Positions 26,526 to 32,000 of a stretch of 32,000 nt of DNA are shown in pieces. The stretch lies in NCBI GenBank assembly GCA_947627675.1, contig CANQWY010000010.1:655-32654 (forward strand), written 5' to 3'. Made by a program: the position numbers and the translations under genes. The notes under the pieces are model-generated. The model saw only the letters and a list, made by a program, of their open reading frames with translations, did no database searches and was not told where the DNA came from. This stretch comes from an uncultured Bacilli bacterium. GTDB taxonomy: Bacteria; Bacillota_I; Bacilli_A; RF39; UBA660. How positions within the stretch are numbered: the first letter of the stretch is position 1; each line of letters starts with the position of its first letter.

Positions 26526-27626
26526 ATGAAAAAGATTAAAGAACAAATAATAAAACTTGTAAAGATAGAAAATTCTATAGCAGATATATTTTATAAATTA
26601 TGTTGTTTTGAATGTGACAATTACCAAAAAAAATATAATTTAAAAGACAATTATCTATATCAACTTCTTCAAGATGCTCTTAAAATTGAACAAAAATATA
26701 TAAATAATATAATTATAGATAACATTAAATATTTTATTTATACTGAAAATGTTACAAATAAAAGTAATAATTATGTAGAACAAATTATTATTGATGAAAA
26801 TGAAAATAATCCAATACTTAACATGGTTTATTATGTTGTAAAAAATTATGCTGATCATAATTACTTTTTAGAAGATTATGAAGAAAACGAGAATGATAAA
26901 TACAAAAACAATCTAATATATGAGAGAATACTTAATCAATTATCTATTGCTAATATAGCATATAACTTAAAGGAATTAGAAAATGGCTCTTTTTATAATA
27001 ATATAATTGACAATTCATATAAAGAATTACTAATAAAGTCTGGCTATTTAAATAAAATCCAACAAGAATTAAATACTTATTTTATTGATACATGTTTTGA
27101 AATAGACACATCAATAATGTGGACTAAGAACATAAGTAAATATATTTCTGAAAATAATTTTGATAATATCAATATTCCAAAAACATTAATTATTCAAAAA
27201 TACAAAGATGCCTTTAAATATTGTTATTTTTCAGAATTATTATCATTACCAATGAAAACTAGATTATATTTTGTCTACGGAAAAGAAAAGATTGACTTTG
27301 AATATAGAGAAAGAACTTTTACTAAAGACTATAACTTAATATATTTTTTAGAAGATTTTATACAAGAATATGACAATAATAGTTTTGTAGAAAATAAGGA
27401 ATATGCTATTGAAGATATTATTTATAATAAATGTTACATTAATACAATATTTGAAATAATAAATGATGATGATATAGTTATTGAATATATCGATACAATA
27501 AATAATGAATTGTTTTATAATAAAGAAAAAGATTTTAGTAATTATAGTTATATTTATAATTTATTAAAAAAATACATTGAAGATGTAAAAGAAAATATTA
27601 TTACTAAAAAGAAAGTAAAAAAATAA
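26526..27626 (+). CDS. Hypothetical protein, paralog 2 of the same family
   Basis: 366-aa ORF with SD TAGGAG. N-terminus MKKIKEQIIKLVKIENSIADIFYKL...EQKYINNI, internal NNLIYERILNQL and KYKDAFKYCYF. Confidence 0.85.
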   Translation: MKKIKEQIIKLVKIENSIADIFYKLCCFECDNYQKKYNLKDNYLYQLLQDALKIEQKYINNIIIDNIKYFIYTENVTNKSNNYVEQIIIDENENNPILNMVYYVVKNYADHNYFLEDYEENENDKYKNNLIYERILNQLSIANIAYNLKELENGSFYNNIIDNSYKELLIKSGYLNKIQQELNTYFIDTCFEIDTSIMWTKNISKYISENNFDNINIPKTLIIQKYKDAFKYCYFSELLSLPMKTRLYFVYGKEKIDFEYRERTFTKDYNLIYFLEDFIQEYDNNSFVENKEYAIEDIIYNKCYINTIFEIINDDDIVIEYIDTINNELFYNKEKDFSNYSYIYNLLKKYIEDVKENIITKKKVKK

Positions 27627-27643
27627 TTTTATTTTTAAGGGGG

Positions 27644-28636
27644 GTGATTATTATTAATACTATTAGAGAAAAACTAATAAAACTTGTAAAGATAGAAAAT
27701 TCTATAAAAGAAATTTATATTCAATTAATGCTTTTAGAAATTGAATCTAAAGCAAACAGTTTAGAATATCAAAGAAATATTAATATATTACAAGAAGCAT
27801 TCATGATTGAAACAAAATATCTAAAAGAAATAAAAGAAAAATATAATTTTAATGAATATTATTATTTAAATAATAATCCAGTTAAATATGCAGTATCAGA
27901 ATATGTTAAAAAGGATGATTATTTTATAAATAATAGTGACATAGAAACTAATCCGGTATATATAAGAATTATAAATGGATTATATACTGTTTTATTTGAG
28001 GATAAAATTAAAGATTTTCTTAATAATAATACTTATGATGATACTATTTGGATTAATGAAGCCTGTCATAATTATTATATAAGTGATAAATGTTACCTTT
28101 TCATTGAAGAATTAGATAAGGAAATTAATAGTTATAAATTAAAAGAAAATAATACTGAAAATAACGAAATAATAACTGAATTAATATGCAACAAATATAA
28201 AGAATTATTTAAATATTATCAGATTAGAAATATTATTCTCAAAGAAGAGTATCATTTAAAAAAGCCAAATTTATATCCAATATTTGAAAGTTATAATATT
28301 GTAAATAATTCATACATAAATATAGGAGAGAATAGTATTAACGACATTTTATACACTTTATGCGATGTAATGGATAAATATAGTGATAAAAAAATAAAAA
28401 ACAATCATACTTCTGCTATTAGAAATCTAATTATTTATGGATGTCACTTAAAGGCTGAAATTCGCCTACTTGATAATAAAGAAAAAGTTGAAGAATATAT
28501 TACCACATTATTAACTCAATTATATTATGGTAATTACTATAATATGGAGAATTCTAAAATTTCTAGTGAATATTTTAGAAATTGTCTAATAAATTTAGTA
28601 AGTAAGTTTGATAAAATGAAAACTTTGAAAAAGTAA
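27644..28636 (+). CDS. Hypothetical protein, paralog 3 of the same family (start codon uncertain)
   Basis: ~327-330-aa ORF. N-terminus ...REKLIKLVKIENSIKEIYIQL...ETKYLKEI, internal NPVYIRIINGL and KYKELFKYYQ. The GTG at 27644 is part of the SD GGGGGGTGAT, and the next in-frame codons are ATT x3. Confidence 0.8.
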   Translation: MIIINTIREKLIKLVKIENSIKEIYIQLMLLEIESKANSLEYQRNINILQEAFMIETKYLKEIKEKYNFNEYYYLNNNPVKYAVSEYVKKDDYFINNSDIETNPVYIRIINGLYTVLFEDKIKDFLNNNTYDDTIWINEACHNYYISDKCYLFIEELDKEINSYKLKENNTENNEIITELICNKYKELFKYYQIRNIILKEEYHLKKPNLYPIFESYNIVNNSYINIGENSINDILYTLCDVMDKYSDKKIKNNHTSAIRNLIIYGCHLKAEIRLLDNKEKVEEYITTLLTQLYYGNYYNMENSKISSEYFRNCLINLVSKFDKMKTLKK

Positions 28637-28705
28637 AAAAAATTTTTAAAATAATAGTTTAAATTGTTAACAAATTAAGATAGAAGTAAAGATCATAAAT
28701 AACAA

Positions 28706-28748
28706 ATCTTTCCATGATAAAATAAAAGAAATGGAAAGATTTTTATTT
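28706..28748 (+). terminator. Rho-independent terminator of the plus-strand operon
   Basis: A 10-bp stem, atctttccat (28706-28715) with atggaaagat (28731-28740), followed by TTTTATTT. Confidence 0.75.
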
Positions 28749-28863
28749 ACACAGTTTTATTTACAGACTCATTTACAGATTCAAAATTATATATTTATCT
28801 ACAAAAAATATACCTGAAAATTAGCTTTAAGAATATATAAACTAGTAAATACTAGTATCATAT

Positions 28864-28892
28864 TAAAAAGAAGTAAGTATATATCTTACTTC
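28864..28892 (-). terminator. Rho-independent terminator of the zinc-ribbon/SPFH operon
   Basis: An 8-bp stem, gaagtaag (28870-28877) with cttacttc (28885-28892). The T5 on the minus strand corresponds to the plus-strand A run at 28865-28869. Confidence 0.7.
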
Positions 28893-28970
28893 CTATCATA
28901 AATTTTTTTTATTTAATGCCAATTTTTTCTACTATAACACCCATATACTAAAATATAAAATTCCTTTTAA

Positions 28971-30467
28971 TTATTTATTATTTAAATCATTAAAAATATT
29001 ATTTACTAAATCATCATTTAATATTGAATTAAGTATACTAGTAGAATTATTATCAGAGACAATCATATTATTTGCCCCTTCTATCATCTCATTTTGTAAA
29101 TTATTTTTCCTAGTTAAAAATATATCATTTTTTTTCAAATTTTTTATTTCTGTTTTTGTTTCTGTTTCATATTTATGTCTTGCATTTGAATTGCGATATC
29201 TAATATATATTAATATAAAATATATAAAGCCTGATAAAATAAAGAAAATATTATAATTATTATCAGAATCACTAAATAAAAATATCAAAAAGCCAATTAT
29301 TTCTATTAAAGAAGAAATCATTACTAATTTAGGAATATCTATTGGTACACTTCCCATAACTTCTTTGGTTCTAGCATTTACAGCAACATAATGAATTACT
29401 TTCTTATCTTTACTAACTTGTTGATAACTATATAACCATACTGGTAAATAAGCCGTTTTCCAAAGCTGTCCATTAATTTGAACTTGTTGTTGTTCCCATC
29501 TTACGCCACGATTATATTCTTTTAAAGTTTTATTAGCAGAAAATTTGGCTATATCTCTAGCTTGAGTATCAACTATATTTTTTAAATTGGCTACATTAAT
29601 ATCTCTTTTTTCAGAAGTATATCCTTTTAAATAATTAGCATCATATCTAACACAATTTTCAATATCAAATGGCATAATAGCATTAATTACATTGTTAGTT
29701 TTATTAGATGCCTTATTATTTAATTTATCTGAACTCGATTCTACTGTAAGTCCATTTATTGATACATCAAATTCCCGCTCCACATTATATACTTCAGCAT
29801 CATAATATGTTTTAGCATCGTCACCTATTCCTCTAGTATATTTTCTAATTAAGCGTTCTCCCTGACCACTTAATTTTGAATGAGAATTTATATCTACTAT
29901 CATATAAGGAAAATAAACTCCCATTACATTTTCAGTTTTAAATTCTTCTTTAAACTTCTTATCAGCAAAAAACATTCTATTCTTAACAAAATCTTTTATT
30001 TGGTTTTTGGCAACCTCTCTTTCAATTTTAAAAGGCAATACTAGATCAGGAACACTTCCATTAGGAATTTGTTCATTAATAGATAAGATATTTCTACACC
30101 AATGGCATCTTGCTTGATTAAAAGATGCTGTATCAATTACTACTTCTGCACCACAACTTGAACACTTTAAAGTAATAACATCATTTGTACTACTAGAAAT
30201 ATTTCTTGCTCCTGATGATAAAATTTGGCCCTTTAATTTGCTTATATCCTGATTTAATTCAGATATTTTTTCTCTTTCAAATTCGTATCTACAATAATTA
30301 CATCTTAATTTACCTGTGGATTCATTAAGTGAAATGTCAGTTGCTCCACATTTTGGACACTTATTTTGACCATTTTTTAAATCTTTATCTGTTTCAATAA
30401 TAATAGTTTCAGATGACAAATCATCGTTATTAACATCAGTAATATTATCTAAATTACTATTTGCCAT
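28971..30467 (-). CDS. Double zinc-ribbon protein with C-terminal transmembrane helices (YdjG-like)
   Basis: CPKCGA...x...CNYC and CSSCGA...x...CHWC form two CxxC...CxxC ribbons. Two C-terminal TM helices are present (LVMISSLIEIIGFLIFLF, IFFILSGFIYFILIYI). The start lies 2 nt after the upstream stop. Confidence 0.7.
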   Translation of the reverse strand: MANSNLDNITDVNNDDLSSETIIIETDKDLKNGQNKCPKCGATDISLNESTGKLRCNYCRYEFEREKISELNQDISKLKGQILSSGARNISSSTNDVITLKCSSCGAEVVIDTASFNQARCHWCRNILSINEQIPNGSVPDLVLPFKIEREVAKNQIKDFVKNRMFFADKKFKEEFKTENVMGVYFPYMIVDINSHSKLSGQGERLIRKYTRGIGDDAKTYYDAEVYNVEREFDVSINGLTVESSSDKLNNKASNKTNNVINAIMPFDIENCVRYDANYLKGYTSEKRDINVANLKNIVDTQARDIAKFSANKTLKEYNRGVRWEQQQVQINGQLWKTAYLPVWLYSYQQVSKDKKVIHYVAVNARTKEVMGSVPIDIPKLVMISSLIEIIGFLIFLFSDSDNNYNIFFILSGFIYFILIYIRYRNSNARHKYETETKTEIKNLKKNDIFLTRKNNLQNEMIEGANNMIVSDNNSTSILNSILNDDLVNNIFNDLNNK

Positions 30468-30469
30468 TT

Positions 30470-31714
30470 TTAAATTCCTAAAATCTTTTTCTTTACAGCA
30501 TCAAAATCTTCTTGTGTTATTACACCAGCATCTAATAATTTTTTCATTTCTATTAATTTTTCATAAGGATTTTCTTGTTGATTATTATTAAACGGTTTGC
30601 TTTCAATATTACTACTATTATTAGATTGTTCTATTGATGAAGGTTGTTCAACAATATTAATAAATGGATTTTGAGTATTTTCTGATGGTTGATTCATACT
30701 ACCCATTACTCCTGATGCTGCATTAACACCCATTCCCATAAAAGCCATTGAAGAAGCAGAACCATTTTCTCCAGCCTGTTGCATTCCTCGTGCTACTGAT
30801 TGTTGCATAAATGAATTGCCTCGTGCTCCAGATAAAGCATCTGCTCTTTTTACATCATTCAATAGTTCTTTAGTAGTTTCATCATACTCAATTGCTTGAA
30901 TTGCAACCTTTACAATTTCAAGGCCACGATTACTTTTCCATTGATAGGCATCTTCAACAGCACCTGATAAAGATTGCGCAAAACCGATTTGATCTCCTTG
31001 AATTTTAGATATACGATTTCCTTTATTTGGATCGTTTGTATAATTAGAAAATGCGGGTGCCAAACTACTTACAACTTCATTGAATAATTGTGATGCTGCA
31101 GCATTATTCATGTCACTGAAATCAAATACTGGAGCATTTGGTTGTAGATATTGAGATGGAACGAAGTTCTTTATAAATAATAGTGGATCTGTAATTTTTA
31201 ATGTATATGTTCCTCTAGTTACTGCCCCTACTTGAGTATTTAAGTAAGCATCATCCCAATAAATTTCTGACTGAGTTCCAAATTTATTATTCGGAATTTC
31301 TTTTAAATTTACATAAAATGCTAATTGCTGTGCTGAAGGTTGACCTCCAAATTTAAATCTTTCCCAAGATTGCTTAATTGTAGATGATAAAAGACCATTA
31401 CCACTAAATATAGATTGAGAATTAGGATCATCTGATTTAAATTCAAATCCACCAGGCTCTGAAATCATTCCTGTAATTTGTCCATCCTGTATTGTAATAA
31501 GTGCTGTTCCTTCAGGTACTATAATTTTGCTACCATTTGTAATAATATTTTCTGATAAACTTGTATTTTCACCTCGTCCTGCGTTTGTTCCATGTTGTAC
31601 TGCTGGAAAAATAGCAGCAGTTGAAGAAACCCCTTGTTTTGGTGCATAAAAATCTTTCCATTGATCAGCAAATGTACCGCCAATTGCACCTGTAAATGCT
31701 TTGATAAATCCCAT
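30470..31714 (-). CDS. SPFH/band-7-type protein of the YdjI / COG4260 family with C-terminal SHOCT domain
   Basis: The N-terminus MGFIKAFTGAIGGTFADQWKDF... is characteristic of this family as I recall it. The C-terminus YEKLIEMKKLLDAGVITQEDFDAVKKKILGI fits the SHOCT pattern. SD is AGAGGT. Confidence 0.7.
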   Translation of the reverse strand: MGFIKAFTGAIGGTFADQWKDFYAPKQGVSSTAAIFPAVQHGTNAGRGENTSLSENIITNGSKIIVPEGTALITIQDGQITGMISEPGGFEFKSDDPNSQSIFSGNGLLSSTIKQSWERFKFGGQPSAQQLAFYVNLKEIPNNKFGTQSEIYWDDAYLNTQVGAVTRGTYTLKITDPLLFIKNFVPSQYLQPNAPVFDFSDMNNAAASQLFNEVVSSLAPAFSNYTNDPNKGNRISKIQGDQIGFAQSLSGAVEDAYQWKSNRGLEIVKVAIQAIEYDETTKELLNDVKRADALSGARGNSFMQQSVARGMQQAGENGSASSMAFMGMGVNAASGVMGSMNQPSENTQNPFINIVEQPSSIEQSNNSSNIESKPFNNNQQENPYEKLIEMKKLLDAGVITQEDFDAVKKKILGI

Positions 31715-31762
31715 AAATATACCTCTTTCTTTTTATTATTGAATAGCATCTTTATTTCTTTA

Positions 31763-31817
31763 ATTATAACAAATTAATTCCATATTATCTTAACTTCTAT
31801 TCTTTTATATTATAACA
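31763..31817 (-). promoter_or_regulatory. Two extended -10 elements (TGTTATAAT) upstream of the SPFH operon
   Basis: Plus-strand attataaca at 31763-31771 and 31809-31817, about 50 and 95 nt upstream of the ATG at 31714. Confidence 0.4.
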
Positions 31818-31877
31818 TAGTATTTTTAAAATGGATATATTTTTATGTATTCAATATAATTAGATTATAATATGTAA

Positions 31878-32000
31878 TTAATCTTGACCTTTACCATAGA
31901 CGTTAACAGTAACTTTATAGGTTTTAGAAGTATCTGATAATACATAATCTTTATCAACCCACATTCTTAAGCGATAATATTTTGTATGAGTTGTATGTCC
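31878..32000 (-). CDS. 3' end of a gene continuing beyond the window (C-terminus ...GHTTHTKYYRLRMWVDKDYVLSDTSKTYKVTVNVYGKGQD)
   Basis: The minus-strand frame is open from 32000 to the TAA at 31880-31878. The beta-strand-like YRLxxW...KVTVxVxG pattern loosely resembles the N-terminal domain of the left-edge surface protein (YRLYIEN...KVQITITFTG). Confidence 0.5.
   Translation of the reverse strand, partial: GHTTHTKYYRLRMWVDKDYVLSDTSKTYKVTVNVYGKGQD

Noticed and set aside
25058-28636. HEPN-like Rx4-6H motif or other nuclease or NTPase motifs in the three paralogs
   Set aside because: The nearest candidate, RNLIIYGCH in paralog 3, has 7 intervening residues and is not conserved in paralogs 1 and 2. 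I found no Walker A, HxH, DxD or PD-(D/E)xK pattern.
28731-28817. 28-codon plus-strand ORF (MERFLFTQFYLQTHLQ...) and three ATTTACA(G) direct repeats at 28745, 28759 and 28771
   Set aside because: The ATG lies inside the descending arm of the operon terminator, and there is no SD. The repeats are short with irregular 14/12-nt spacing in a convergent terminator region. They could be a binding site, but the evidence is too thin.
31519-31749. Minus-strand 76-aa ORF overlapping the 5' end of the SPFH gene in another frame
   Set aside because: It overlaps a gene with a strong SD and a recognisable family N-terminus. It would have to start upstream of that SD and has no SD of its own.
1-32000. CRISPR arrays, tRNA or rRNA genes, riboswitches and T-box leaders
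   Set aside because: I saw no regularly spaced repeats, and no GC-rich structured segments in any intergenic region. The leaders of gatC, miaB and rpsP are too short for T-box or riboswitch elements. This was judged by eye only, so a covariance-model scan would be the proper test.

Overview
This is a very AT-rich chromosomal segment (roughly a quarter G+C by eye, not computed). It comes from a spore-forming Firmicute, judged from Bacillus-like miaB-ymcA-cotE synteny, a SpoVD/FtsI-type PBP and strong GGAGG-type SD sites. There are about 30 real genes, all on the minus strand except one three-gene block. Product calls come from motifs I recognise in the translations; no database search was possible.

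Core content:
- gatCAB
- a class B PBP followed directly by mraY
- rpsP plus a KH-domain gene
- galE, cotE, ymcA and miaB
- a YihY-family membrane protein
- a sensor protein with a degenerate GGDEF domain
- an RmlC-RmlD fusion and a polyprenyl-phosphate sugar transferase

Non-core or unusual content:
1. A surface-protein gene at the left edge is absent from the ORF track. It has an intact promoter, SD and ATG, but a G9 tract in its signal-peptide codons throws it out of frame.
2. A 3.7-kb operon encodes a small secreted protein, three polytopic membrane proteins and an ABC ATPase. It sits in the leader of the PBP gene and is bracketed by a ~75-bp direct duplication of that leader, its SD and the first codons.
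3. The only plus-strand block holds three tandem diverged paralogs of unknown function. They share a KLVKIENxI N-terminal module, and two of them share a 32-nt perfectly identical stretch.
4. A double zinc-ribbon membrane protein is translationally coupled to an SPFH-SHOCT protein (YdjG/YdjI-like), with no pspA in view.
5. An orphan 352-aa protein with a possible Cys-His-Asp triad sits where rimM-trmD normally follow rpsP-KH.

I saw no rRNA, tRNA, CRISPR array, transposase or integrase.
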